Shown in pieces: positions 36,301 through 45,322 of a stretch of 64,000 nucleotides of DNA. Origin of the DNA: a virus; the IMG/VR virus record IMGVR_UViG_3300036770_007174, positions 1-64,000 of that record. One strand, given 5' to 3'. The first letter of the stretch is position 1. The number at the start of each line of letters is the position of its first letter. The translations under genes were made by a program, and so were the position numbers. The notes under the pieces were generated by a model, which did no database searches, was not told the origin of the DNA, and worked only from the letters and a program-made list of their open reading frames with translations.

Positions 36301-38870
36301 CTGGGAAGAATCTCTCGCTCGAACTCGACGGGCTTTGGGTGCGCTGCGCCTCCTGCCGTTCCGTGCACCGGCCCGTACCGAAAATCCCGCACTGCTTGGA
36401 TTGCGGCGCGGCAGGCGTCGTCCCGCTCGACCCGAGTTCCGACAAGGTTTTCACAGCACGCAAGGGTTACTACCGGGGCCCAGTGACCGCAGCCATGGGC
36501 AATCCGGCGCTTCCGCCCATGGCGCTGGTTGCTGCCGAGCACACAGCGCAGTTGAACGCACCGCAAAGCGAGGACGTGTTCTCCAAGGCGGAAGAGAATG
36601 AGCTGCTGTTCCAAGATGTCGAACTGTCCTGGGGAAACGGCGGAAAGCGCATAACGGCCATTGACGTGCTCTCGAGCACCACAACGATGGAAGTCGGTAT
36701 TGATATCGGCGCCCTGTCGGGCGTTGCGCTTCGCAACATGCCGCCGGGACGGGCGAACTACCAGCAGCGAGCTGGTAGAGCCGGCCGGCGTGGTAACGCG
36801 GTTGCGACCGTCGTCGCTTTCGGCAGCGCCGACAGTCACGACGAGCACTACTTCAGCAAGCCTGACGCCATGATTGCTGGGCCGGTTGTCGATCCGAAGC
36901 TCACGCTGGAAAACCCCGATATAGCTCGCCGCCACATACGAGCCTTCCTCTTACAGAGATACCATCAGGACAGAATTCTCGCTTTCGACCCCGCCGCAAA
37001 TCCCGACCTCTTCTCAGTTCTCGGTACCGTTTCGGACTTTCAGAGCGTGACTGCGCGGCTCAACCGGACGGACTTTGCCAAGTGGCTCGCCCAGCACGCG
37101 TCCGTGCTGAGGGAGCGCGTCGCAAGTTGGATTCCAGACAAACTGAGTGAAGCTGACCGCAAACAACTTCTCGAAAACATGGCGGCAGATTGCCTCGACG
37201 CGATCGACGAAGCGCTCGGCGGGACTGCGCCGACTGGACAGAAGATACTGGAGGATGCGGGAGCGGGGGACACCTCTGAAGAGGAAGGAGAAGCACCTCC
37301 AGAGGCAGGCGAGGAGACGTCCGGGCAAAAGACGCTCAACGGGAAACTGCTCGACCGTCTGCTCTACAAAGGGGTGCTTCCCCGCTATGCATTCCCAACT
37401 GACGTCGCGGCCTTCAGTGTCTTCGACGTTGATCGATCGACTTCCCACCGGCCGGTCATGAAATTCGCGCCGTCCCAGAGCTTGCCGGTGGCGCTTTCAC
37501 AATACGCCCCTGGCAAACAAGTTTGGATCTCCGGAAAGTGCTATACTTCGGGAGCGGTTTATTCGCCTATGGCGGAGGACCGCTATCGTGCTTGGCAGAA
37601 CCGTAGGCTCTACCGGGAATGCGTAGAGTGCAGTTTCGCTGAGACGGTACCGGTAGACGCGGGCGTCAAGACGGGCGATTCTCACGACTGCTACGCCTGT
37701 GGTGCGCTCGGCTCATTCGGCCCGACGCGATACTGGCTTCGACCGCCAGGTTTCGCACATCCGGCTTATGCGCCTGAGGTCACGTCGCCGGACGACATGC
37801 CCGAGACCGCGTATGCGACACGCGCCAAACTGACCATGCCGACCCCGGCGGACAGCGCGAAATGGATTGACGTGAACGGCCGCATACGCGTGATGGCCGA
37901 CCGCAAGCACCTTCTCGTATCGAACACCGGTCCGCGACGGGACGGTTACGACTACTGTACCAAGTGCGGCCGAATTGAAGCGTCTGCCGAAGCGTCTGGC
38001 GTGTTGGCCGGACCCCACCAGAAGCCGTTCCCGGACGAGAAAGAGCAAACCTGCCCGGGCGCTGGTACGACGCGCCACCTGATGTTGGGGACAGACTTCA
38101 TCACGGATATCGCCTTGCTCTCGCTGCGAGTGGCAGCACCCTTGAAGTTGAAGCCAGGCTTCTACCCCACCGACGTCGCCCTTCGAACGGTGAGCGAGGC
38201 GCTGGCCAAGGCCGCTTGCGAGATGCTTGAGATCGAAGCGGGCGAACTGCTGGCGGAATACAGACCGGCACTGACGCCAGGCGGCCGGAATGGCTTGGAG
38301 GCCGAGATCTTCCTCTACGACACGCTACCTGGCGGTGCCGGCTTCGCAAGCCAACTGACGAGCAGAGGGGAAGAACTGTTTCAGCGTGCACTTTCGCTGA
38401 TGAAGTGCTGCCCAGAGGGCTGCGACGCATCGTGTTACCGATGCCTACGCAGCTTCAAAAACAAGTTCGAGCACACCGTCCTAGACCGACATGTCGGCGC
38501 CGAATTGGTCGAGTATCTCATGAATGGAGAAATGCGGCCCTTTGACGCAAGGCGCATCAGGGCTTCGACTGAACTGCTGCTGAAGGACTTGCAGCGGCAG
38601 GCCGATGGCACCCGCTTCGAACTGGAGAAGGAGTTCGACATACCTGGCGTCGGTAAGGTCACCGTCCCAATCTTGGCGACGCGCTCAACAGGAGACCAGT
38701 TTGCGATTGCTCTAACCGGTGCACTGACGAATGAGCATCCGGCAGATCCAGCCATCGCTCGCATGCGCGAGGAGTGGGACGCACTCCGCGTGGTCACTGT
38801 GAATGAGTTGCTTGTTCGTGGGAATCTGCCTGCGGCAACGCGAGGTGTTTTGAGTCAGTTTGCGCAGTGA
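33330..38870 (+). CDS. druE: DruE-like DEAD/DEAH helicase with DUF1998
   Basis: GTGSGKTESF, YPMNALVNDQ, TNYSMLEY, DEAH, FSDSRQ, TMEVGIDIG, QRAGRAGRR, several CxxC, DUF1998 LYDTLPGGAGF...CDASCYRCL. Confidence 0.9.
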   Translation: MTRTIQETIDELHASLKDYIEATYHIGDAKLIGQRRRLLSQVGVTRQVPYLESTPRYCLGERFCNMAGLPPAALAVYEALATAKDGKPRLLFDPPYRHQAEAIRHALIGGKNLMVMTGTGSGKTESFLLPILGKFAHEAAERPKAFSQHAVRAILLYPMNALVNDQLGRLRALFGDPRLVRMFSKWSGRPPTFARYTSRTPYAGVRTAKRDGKKLASFEEFFVEIERQAADGAPDEQAAARKLRDQLKARGKWPAKPDLAEWFGPKNGRWVDQKTKAFLRAVTLPGDSELLTRHEVQEAAPDLLVTNYSMLEYMLMRPIERPIFDQTRAWLAGNPHEKITVVLDEAHLYRGAGGAEVALLLRRLRDRLDITPDRFQVICATASFGSREYARDFGSQLTGVPAETIEPVTGDLDLRAHAAPGTQDDAAALANLDLERFYSADARERADAITPLLAYRSTEATGNVERDLHAALADFEPLGLLVNLTMKAARAVASLGPALFPDSPGIADRAVTALLALGSVARETPDAAGLLPCRIHNFYRGLPGLWVCMDPNCTEIATNERSGLCGRMYSQPREACGCGARVLQFYTCRNCGAAHARAYTDDVDRPNALWPEPGRKLKMQGGETSPLLDLDLLLEEPRLAELAEIADYDLETGRLNPAVLGERRRSVYIRKDRIAPAAGDDGEVDTRLEVRGQFIPCAVCGESAAFGRSSVQDHQTKGDQPFQALVARQIQVQPPGPQPSTTFAPLRGRKVLVFSDSRQVAARLAPNLQMYSVRDALRSLIVWGFNRLRKHPLVTGMLNLDDLYLATLLASRSLGVRLRPELKAGESFAADAVVEAAVKDGALSDDQKLQMLWMEIRSDTPPEALLDDIVKTVRDRYLGLEALALASVREIASKTKDLHALPPISGIASTNDEKVALARAWLRCWRSEGFWLNAMPPTWHKVKVRARKGSFQAMRKILPDKGAHKIFEKAWHPALMSIFTTEMESGYRRLAGKNLSLELDGLWVRCASCRSVHRPVPKIPHCLDCGAAGVVPLDPSSDKVFTARKGYYRGPVTAAMGNPALPPMALVAAEHTAQLNAPQSEDVFSKAEENELLFQDVELSWGNGGKRITAIDVLSSTTTMEVGIDIGALSGVALRNMPPGRANYQQRAGRAGRRGNAVATVVAFGSADSHDEHYFSKPDAMIAGPVVDPKLTLENPDIARRHIRAFLLQRYHQDRILAFDPAANPDLFSVLGTVSDFQSVTARLNRTDFAKWLAQHASVLRERVASWIPDKLSEADRKQLLENMAADCLDAIDEALGGTAPTGQKILEDAGAGDTSEEEGEAPPEAGEETSGQKTLNGKLLDRLLYKGVLPRYAFPTDVAAFSVFDVDRSTSHRPVMKFAPSQSLPVALSQYAPGKQVWISGKCYTSGAVYSPMAEDRYRAWQNRRLYRECVECSFAETVPVDAGVKTGDSHDCYACGALGSFGPTRYWLRPPGFAHPAYAPEVTSPDDMPETAYATRAKLTMPTPADSAKWIDVNGRIRVMADRKHLLVSNTGPRRDGYDYCTKCGRIEASAEASGVLAGPHQKPFPDEKEQTCPGAGTTRHLMLGTDFITDIALLSLRVAAPLKLKPGFYPTDVALRTVSEALAKAACEMLEIEAGELLAEYRPALTPGGRNGLEAEIFLYDTLPGGAGFASQLTSRGEELFQRALSLMKCCPEGCDASCYRCLRSFKNKFEHTVLDRHVGAELVEYLMNGEMRPFDARRIRASTELLLKDLQRQADGTRFELEKEFDIPGVGKVTVPILATRSTGDQFAIALTGALTNEHPADPAIARMREEWDALRVVTVNELLVRGNLPAATRGVLSQFAQ

Positions 38871-38900
38871 GGTCTAGCCTGGGAGCGCGCGGCAAACCTA

Positions 38901-40892
38901 ATGATCCACATTATCGGTGTCCGTGAAGGGCAGGAATATGAGGCCGCCGTCCACCTTCGGAGGCTTCTCTTAAATCTCTGGCCGGATTTGGCGCAAAGCA
39001 AAGATGATGTTGTCAAGATATTTGTTGGCTTTAAGATGTACGGTTACAAAGTCGAGGATCTCGACCTTGTTGTCATTGGCAGATTTTCTGCTCCCCGACC
39101 ATTTGACATCGAGTTTCAGTTCTACCCGAGAGATGGCGATCCGTTTGTGCCAAGGAGCGCCAGCATAGCGAATTTTGCGCTCGTCATTGAGGTTAAGTCG
39201 CATGACGCGAGCGGCGTCCGCTTTGAAAACAAAGTCGCATCAGTGCGCTACATCCGGAATGGACGCGCAGTCTGGGAGTGCGTGACTGAAAAAAATCGCA
39301 TGCAGATGTTCGAATTTAAGAAGTACCTTGGACGGCAGGGACTTGGAAAAGTTCATGTTCAGGATTTGGTCCTTTTCACGGGGCTGCGTGAGAGCGACCT
39401 CCCGAAGCGTCCGCACAATTGCGTAGCAGGGGACGCGAGCTTTGAGCGCGTTCTAAACGTGCTCGGGCAAATCTCGCGGCCAATCCGGCATGGTACTCAG
39501 GTAAACCTGATTTTCGGGTCCGACGACGCCTTTCAGGATCTGCTATGCTCGGATTTTCCGTTGTTTGATGAAATCGAGCCAACGTCGCTCGACCGGCGAA
39601 GGATGGACATGATCGCCCGCCGAGCGCTGCCAGATGAGTGGCTCGACGATCTTGGGGAGCGCCAGATTGTCCTGAGAGGCCGCGGAGGCGTCGGGAAGAC
39701 CGTCCTCCTCCTGCAGATGGCCTACCGCGCGTTCGAGTCCAGGCAAATGCGTTCATTGGTTTTGACATTCAACAAGGCTTTGGTCGCGGACCTGAGGCGC
39801 ACCATGGCATTGCTCGGAGTACCACATAGTGCCGAGAAGGGCGGAATTGCTGTCGAAACCGCACACGCGTTCTTTGGGCGCTTGATGCGAGGTTTAGGTA
39901 TCATTGAAAATTACGAGGGCTATCTCGAAGGCTACACCGCGCTCAAAGCGACACTTCTCACGTATCTCCAGACGGAAGCGATTAGCCGCGACGACATAAA
40001 CAGTCTGCTTTCGGGTCAGTCGCTGGATTTCGACTGGGATCTGGTTCTTGTTGATGAGGGCCAGGATTGGCCGGCCGACGAGATTGAAATCTTGCGCACC
40101 ATTTACGGCGAATCAAAGATGGTCGTATCGGATGGTGTTGATCAGTTTGTCCGCGAATCTGTCGCAGACTGGTCGCGGGGGCTGGCTAAGTCAGCCACGA
40201 AATCGCGGCGGCTGACACGCTGCATGCGCATGAAGGCTAACCTAGCGACCTTTGTTGGCGAGATGGCGGAGGAACTCCAACTTTCAGGTTGGGACCTAGA
40301 GCCGAACGCTATGGCAGTTGGCGGCAAAGTGGTTGTGTTCGAAGGCGACCTGGCATCCAGCCCGATGGTCATTCAGCGGCTCACGGCGGAAGCAGTCGCT
40401 TTAGGCAACCACCCCGTCGATATGCTTGCGTGCGTGCCGCCATCGATGGTCGATCCGACGGCGGATGGTCAGGTCTGCAGGCCCGCCGCCTTGTTTGCGG
40501 CCGCTGGCGGTTGCGTTTGGGACGGCACGTCGCGAGATGTGCGCGAGCATTTTCCGACAGAGCGCCAGCAATTGCGCTTTGTCCAATACGACTCCTGTCG
40601 TGGGCTGGAAGGATGGGCGACTATCAACTACGCACTTGACGAGCTATGGGAATATAAGCGCGGTCAATGGCTTGCTGGTGACTACCGAACTGACGGGCTC
40701 GACAAATCTCCAGACGAATTGGCAGAACTTCATGCTTCGAGATGGCTGATGATCCCGCTGACTCGCGCCATCGATACATTGGTGGTGAACGTTGGCACGA
40801 ATGAGAGCGCCGTGAAAACGATGCTTCGGAGAGTTGCGAAGAGGCGGGGTGACTTCATCGAATGGATTACCAGTGGCGAGCACTTGGCGTGA
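38901..40892 (+). CDS. NERD-like PD-(D/E)xK nuclease fused to SF1 helicase
   Basis: EDLDLVV...VIEVKSH; GRGGVGKT, LTFNKAL, VDEGQD, SCRGLEG, LTRA. Confidence 0.8.
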   Translation: MIHIIGVREGQEYEAAVHLRRLLLNLWPDLAQSKDDVVKIFVGFKMYGYKVEDLDLVVIGRFSAPRPFDIEFQFYPRDGDPFVPRSASIANFALVIEVKSHDASGVRFENKVASVRYIRNGRAVWECVTEKNRMQMFEFKKYLGRQGLGKVHVQDLVLFTGLRESDLPKRPHNCVAGDASFERVLNVLGQISRPIRHGTQVNLIFGSDDAFQDLLCSDFPLFDEIEPTSLDRRRMDMIARRALPDEWLDDLGERQIVLRGRGGVGKTVLLLQMAYRAFESRQMRSLVLTFNKALVADLRRTMALLGVPHSAEKGGIAVETAHAFFGRLMRGLGIIENYEGYLEGYTALKATLLTYLQTEAISRDDINSLLSGQSLDFDWDLVLVDEGQDWPADEIEILRTIYGESKMVVSDGVDQFVRESVADWSRGLAKSATKSRRLTRCMRMKANLATFVGEMAEELQLSGWDLEPNAMAVGGKVVVFEGDLASSPMVIQRLTAEAVALGNHPVDMLACVPPSMVDPTADGQVCRPAALFAAAGGCVWDGTSRDVREHFPTERQQLRFVQYDSCRGLEGWATINYALDELWEYKRGQWLAGDYRTDGLDKSPDELAELHASRWLMIPLTRAIDTLVVNVGTNESAVKTMLRRVAKRRGDFIEWITSGEHLA

Positions 40893-41199
40893 AGGGATCA
40901 GGCTAGGGTCACCTCAGCTTATCTATGTCGTCTTGAAGACTGGTTCAGAATGTCTGCGCGAGGGTCGCGGTGGAGCTTCCGTCCTTGCCACGAGAAGGGC
41001 TCGGCTGACGCTGGTGACATCAGCTAACGCGACAGCGATCACGGGGCGAAAGAGAACCGCGGAAACGTCCCGTGCGGTGTTCTCGACGGTCTCTCGGCTG
41101 TACGCGGATCGTTGATGGGACCGGGGTGTCAGGACCAAAGCAGAGATCGCTTGGTATGCGATCGGAGCGCATAGCGTCCTTCGCGTAAAGCGGCAACCC

Positions 41200-41420
41200 A
41201 GAGAATGTTGGTCCCCGGCTTCGACCGCCGCTCCAATGACCACCACCCCACCTTTCTCTCCAGGCGGATGGGCCACGTAGAACCCCAAGAAATTTGGGGG
41301 TTTTTCGCGTGGGGTTGGGGGTGGCTTGGGCGCCAGAACCCCGCTTTCGCTCTCCGGAGGGGCATTTCTCTCCGAAGCTTGGGGGTAGGCGGATTTACAC
41401 CCAAGGTTTCAACACGCTGA
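41200..41420. other. putative att/recombination junction region
   Basis: Non-coding; tRNA-3'-end-like TTCGA..CCGCCGCTCCA (41220-41235), imperfect hairpin 41279-41305, TTTCTCTCC direct repeats (41253, 41365). Confidence 0.35.
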
Positions 41421-41563
41421 AATCAGGACATTTTTTTCAAGGAGCACCTTGGGAGTTGCGTGTGTCGACTGGCCGGGTGGATGCGCTGCAAGACGAATGA
41501 TTCAGTCCCAAGCGGCATAGCCTTCTTCTGGGTCACGTCCCCGCTAATCGTGTAGAATATGCC

Positions 41564-43861
41564 ATGTCGAATCGATTCGCAGCGGCCGCGCGACCCATGC
41601 TCGCGCTAAACGCGATCCGCCTCAGTCATCCGGAAACGCCGCTTCCTGCGGCGTTGGTTCCGTTCGAGCGGACGCAGTTCCATGCCTATCTGGACCGGCC
41701 TGCCCAGGACGTGTTCGCAACTCGGCACGGCGAGACGGACATGGCGATAGTACCTCTCAAGGGCGCAGCGGAACTACCGGGCCCATTGAGTAAGTTGCCT
41801 GTTGCCGAAAACATAAGGCTATTCGCAACTCTAGCCCGCGAATCCGTATTCCGGCATCTTCTGACTTTGCCTAGCAGCTACCGTGTAGTCAGCCGCCGAC
41901 CACCGATTGTTGAGTCCGCAAAGCAGGATAACGTCATTCCGCCATCAATTGGGCTGCCTGCCTGGCTCAAGAAGCGCACGGCTTTGGTCTTCGAGACACG
42001 GATAGTTAAGCATCCCAGCGAAGCGCCCTATGTCGTATTGACTTGCAGCAACCGGCTTCGAAACGTGATCGAAGCAGATTGCGGTCAGTTGCACAGCATC
42101 GGCGTCCCTCTGGTAGGAAACTACGTCTCTGCCTGGACCGACGATCCTGATCCGAAAGTGGCCAAACGTCTCCGTCTTGCTGGGCGAGTGATCGCCAACG
42201 ATGGCGCTGTTCTAAAACTTGCGGATTTTGGTAGTGGCCCTGAAGAACTGGCCATCAATTCGGCCTTCCTTGAACCGACTCGCGCCAATTTCAATGCGGT
42301 CGTGCTAGCATTAATGCAGGGCCGGGCAGAGCGAGTGCTTAAGGAAGTTCAGGAGGCCGAAGGCGGGCTCCGGGCAGGTAAGGCGAGTCTCGACGCTATT
42401 CAGTCCGCGTTACGATATTTTGGCCGGGCCGGCCTCCATATCGCACATGAGGTGCCACTGCGGTTCGAGAGCTTACTCGACCAGAGCGACCGGGCCGTGT
42501 TTCCGCCTATTGAAATGTTCCCGAGGCCGACTTTTGCATTTGATCCGAGCGGTTCTCGCAACGACAATTGGCCGCAGAGGCAACTCGATGCGACCGGGCC
42601 ATACGATAGAGCAACCTTCGAGCGGAAGCGACCCAGGATAGCCGTCATCTGCGAGTCGCGCCGGCGCGGCAATGTATCGGAGACAATCGCTCACTTCCTT
42701 GAAGGTCTCCCCGACGTCAAATCGCACAAGGGGCTCGTTCCTCATGGGACAGGGCTACTTGGTCGTTTCAGACTCCAGAAGCCTCAAGTTGAGTTCTTCG
42801 AGGCCAACGACGACACCGCCTCTGCCTATGCTGAAGCAGCGCGAAACGCTCTGTCGGTGGCAGCCAATCGAAATCAACCTTGGGATCTCGCAATAATACA
42901 AGTGCAAAGAGCTTGGAAGGACAGGCTCCCAAACAATAGTCCCTACTGGTCAGCGAAGGCCACTTTCCTGCGGCGGGACGTGCCCGTACAAGCTATGTCA
43001 TCCGAAATGCTTCAATTAAGCGATTTTGAATATGCATGCGCGCTGGCAAACGCCAGTTTAGCCACTTACGCGAAACTTGGCGGCACTCCTTGGCTGTTGA
43101 AGGCCCGGCCCTCGACGGATCACGAGCTGATATTTGGCCTTGGGTCTCATACTCGCAAGGAAGGCAGGCGGGGTGCCGGGGAACGGATCGTGGGGATCAC
43201 CACGGTGTTCTCCAGCCAAGGCACCTATCTACTTGACGCTCGAACCGCAGCGGTGCCGTTCGAACGCTACCCAGAGGCCTTGCGCGATACGCTGGTCACG
43301 GCGGTCGAGCGTGTGCGCAAAGAAGAGGCGTGGCGCGCTGGCGATACGGTACGCTTGGTGTTCCACGCATTTACCCAGCTCCGCCAAGAAACCGCCGACG
43401 CAGTAGTGGCCGCCGTGGCGAGCATGGGCCTTGCTGGCGTGAAGTTTGCTTTTCTCCATGTGGTCGAAGACCATCCATTCACGGCTTTCGATCATTCCTC
43501 GCCGACCGGGAGAGGTGCCTATGGTCCCGAGCGAGGTCAGGCAATTGAGCTGAACGAACATGAATGGCTACTCGCCCTCACAGGCCGGGATCAGATCAAG
43601 GCAGCATTCCAGGGCATCCCCGATCCCGTGCTGCTACGCTTGCACGAAAAATCTACATTCCGTGATATGAGAACCTTGACACGACAGGTATCTGACTTCG
43701 CCTGTCATTCTTGGCGGACCTACGATCGTGTCCGACTTCCTATCACACTTCTCTACGCCGATGAGATTGCAAAGCAATTGGCCGGCCTTGAGCGAACACC
43801 AGGGTGGGATCCAGATGCTGCGGTGGTTGGTCCGGTGATGCGCAGACCTTGGTTCTTGTGA
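41564..43861 (+). CDS. ago: long-B prokaryotic Argonaute, catalytically inactive
   Basis: 765 aa; MID Y-K-Q-K (PYWSAK, PVQ, YAKLGGTPW); PIWI with G/H/E in place of catalytic acidic residues (IFGLG, VFHAF, YADEIA); C-terminal WFL as in RsAgo. Confidence 0.92.
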   Translation: MSNRFAAAARPMLALNAIRLSHPETPLPAALVPFERTQFHAYLDRPAQDVFATRHGETDMAIVPLKGAAELPGPLSKLPVAENIRLFATLARESVFRHLLTLPSSYRVVSRRPPIVESAKQDNVIPPSIGLPAWLKKRTALVFETRIVKHPSEAPYVVLTCSNRLRNVIEADCGQLHSIGVPLVGNYVSAWTDDPDPKVAKRLRLAGRVIANDGAVLKLADFGSGPEELAINSAFLEPTRANFNAVVLALMQGRAERVLKEVQEAEGGLRAGKASLDAIQSALRYFGRAGLHIAHEVPLRFESLLDQSDRAVFPPIEMFPRPTFAFDPSGSRNDNWPQRQLDATGPYDRATFERKRPRIAVICESRRRGNVSETIAHFLEGLPDVKSHKGLVPHGTGLLGRFRLQKPQVEFFEANDDTASAYAEAARNALSVAANRNQPWDLAIIQVQRAWKDRLPNNSPYWSAKATFLRRDVPVQAMSSEMLQLSDFEYACALANASLATYAKLGGTPWLLKARPSTDHELIFGLGSHTRKEGRRGAGERIVGITTVFSSQGTYLLDARTAAVPFERYPEALRDTLVTAVERVRKEEAWRAGDTVRLVFHAFTQLRQETADAVVAAVASMGLAGVKFAFLHVVEDHPFTAFDHSSPTGRGAYGPERGQAIELNEHEWLLALTGRDQIKAAFQGIPDPVLLRLHEKSTFRDMRTLTRQVSDFACHSWRTYDRVRLPITLLYADEIAKQLAGLERTPGWDPDAAVVGPVMRRPWFL

Positions 43862-45063
43862 CCTGCGGTCCCACCATTCCCCAAATTAGGGCTGGTTTAG
43901 TTGCAGCAGCTGAACCGACCTCTTCAACAGCCGTCCACGTCCAAGCTCTTAGGGCATGGCTCCTAGACGACTATGAGCGATTGGCAAAGCTGTCGGCGGA
44001 GGCAGCCACCAATTTTAATGCGGGTGCCGGGCGATCTGTCCGGCATGTCGCGACCCTTGGCTATATGGCCGCGACCGGGCGACAATTTGTCCAGCTTCAA
44101 CCTGTCCTGGCTGAAGGCCTCGCATGGTTGGGAGAGCGCACATGGTTTCGGCCAAATCAAGCGCATACCTTGGAAGCAGACGGTGTTGCTGCACTCGGTG
44201 TGGCACTCGGTATCCGCGACCGCCACTCGAGCTCCCGAGCAGACTGGCTGCAGAGTCTTGTTGTAAGGAGCGCTAGGTCGCCCGACCTTTCAGTTCTTGA
44301 CCGAGCACTATTTATCGCTGCGGCGCACGTGATTGGTGCGGATGGGCGCCAAGACAGCGCTATGATGCTCCCAGAGGCTCGGTTGGCGCTCTCGCGGCTC
44401 GATCTCGGTACTATCGATGATACCTGCTACATGGAGGCTTGGCGCCGGATCCTACACTTCGACGCAGGAGAGCAGATGGTGCCAGAAGCGGTGTTACTGC
44501 TTAAGGCATTCGACTCGCTGATGGAGCGGACCTTACCGACCCGCTTGGGGCGCCTTGACCCGCGAGACGTACTGCATGTGCTAGAAGGAGTGGGGCGTTC
44601 ATTTAGACGGTGGAGCTGGGAGACTGTCCCTCGGACCCGAAGATCTGCAGCCGCACGTTGGGAGATCGAAAACGAGTACCACGTTCAGAACGTATTGTGG
44701 GCGGTGCTGGCACCCCTGTTCCCAGATTTGAACGACGAAGAAACGTTAGCTCCAATAGGTCAGAAGAGTCCGCGGGTCGATCTCACTATTCCTAGTCTTG
44801 GAACTGTTGTGGAGGTGAAGTTCATGCGAATTACGACCTCTTTTCAAGATGTAATTGAGGAGATCGCTGCTGACGCAAGTCTCTACGCGACAGACCCCCG
44901 TTGGACGTCGATTATTCCATTCGTGTGGGATGACTCAAGGCGTATGGAGGAGCACCAGAAGCTAGTTGCGGGGCTCAAGCAGCTTCCGGGCGTCATCGGT
45001 GCTGTCGTTGTCTCACGCCCAGGAAAGATGGGCCGACCAAATGAAGATTCGTCAAGAGATTGA
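43858..45063 (+). CDS. Argonaute-associated PD-(D/E)xK nuclease (DpnII/MboI-like C-terminal domain)
   Basis: GTGA overlap with ago stop; ENEYHVQ...RVDLTIP...VVEVK. Confidence 0.82.
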   Translation: MTCGPTIPQIRAGLVAAAEPTSSTAVHVQALRAWLLDDYERLAKLSAEAATNFNAGAGRSVRHVATLGYMAATGRQFVQLQPVLAEGLAWLGERTWFRPNQAHTLEADGVAALGVALGIRDRHSSSRADWLQSLVVRSARSPDLSVLDRALFIAAAHVIGADGRQDSAMMLPEARLALSRLDLGTIDDTCYMEAWRRILHFDAGEQMVPEAVLLLKAFDSLMERTLPTRLGRLDPRDVLHVLEGVGRSFRRWSWETVPRTRRSAAARWEIENEYHVQNVLWAVLAPLFPDLNDEETLAPIGQKSPRVDLTIPSLGTVVEVKFMRITTSFQDVIEEIAADASLYATDPRWTSIIPFVWDDSRRMEEHQKLVAGLKQLPGVIGAVVVSRPGKMGRPNEDSSRD

Positions 45064-45322
45064 CGACAACGCCGCTCTTTCATGGCGTCGCTTCCCCGGT
45101 GATGGCGTAACCCCTCTGCCAGTGGTCGACATGCCCGCGCCCTTAGCGGGGCGCCGGAGATGGTTATCGGATCAGTCGTTTACGCCCGGTTTCCAGGACA
45201 CGCACGGGCTCCGCCGCAATCCGCCTGAACTCACTGATTTCGACCAAGAATGCGGTTTCCCTGAGCGTTGCTTCGCGGACTCTCCCCGCGTAGTGTGCGA
45301 AGCAGGTGACGGAGAGATTCGC

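Noticed and set aside
33330-38870. DISARM assignment from helicase plus DUF1998
   Set aside because: Helicase and DUF1998 are fused, there is no PLD DrmC or adjacent methylase, and a DUF4338 gene is present; Druantia fits better
41205-41235. tRNA gene
   Set aside because: Only a 3'-end-like fragment; T-arm spacing is wrong and there is no cloverleaf
41564-43861. Catalytically active (long-A) or short Argonaute
   Set aside because: No DEDX tetrad; the protein is full length (765 aa) with no APAZ partner
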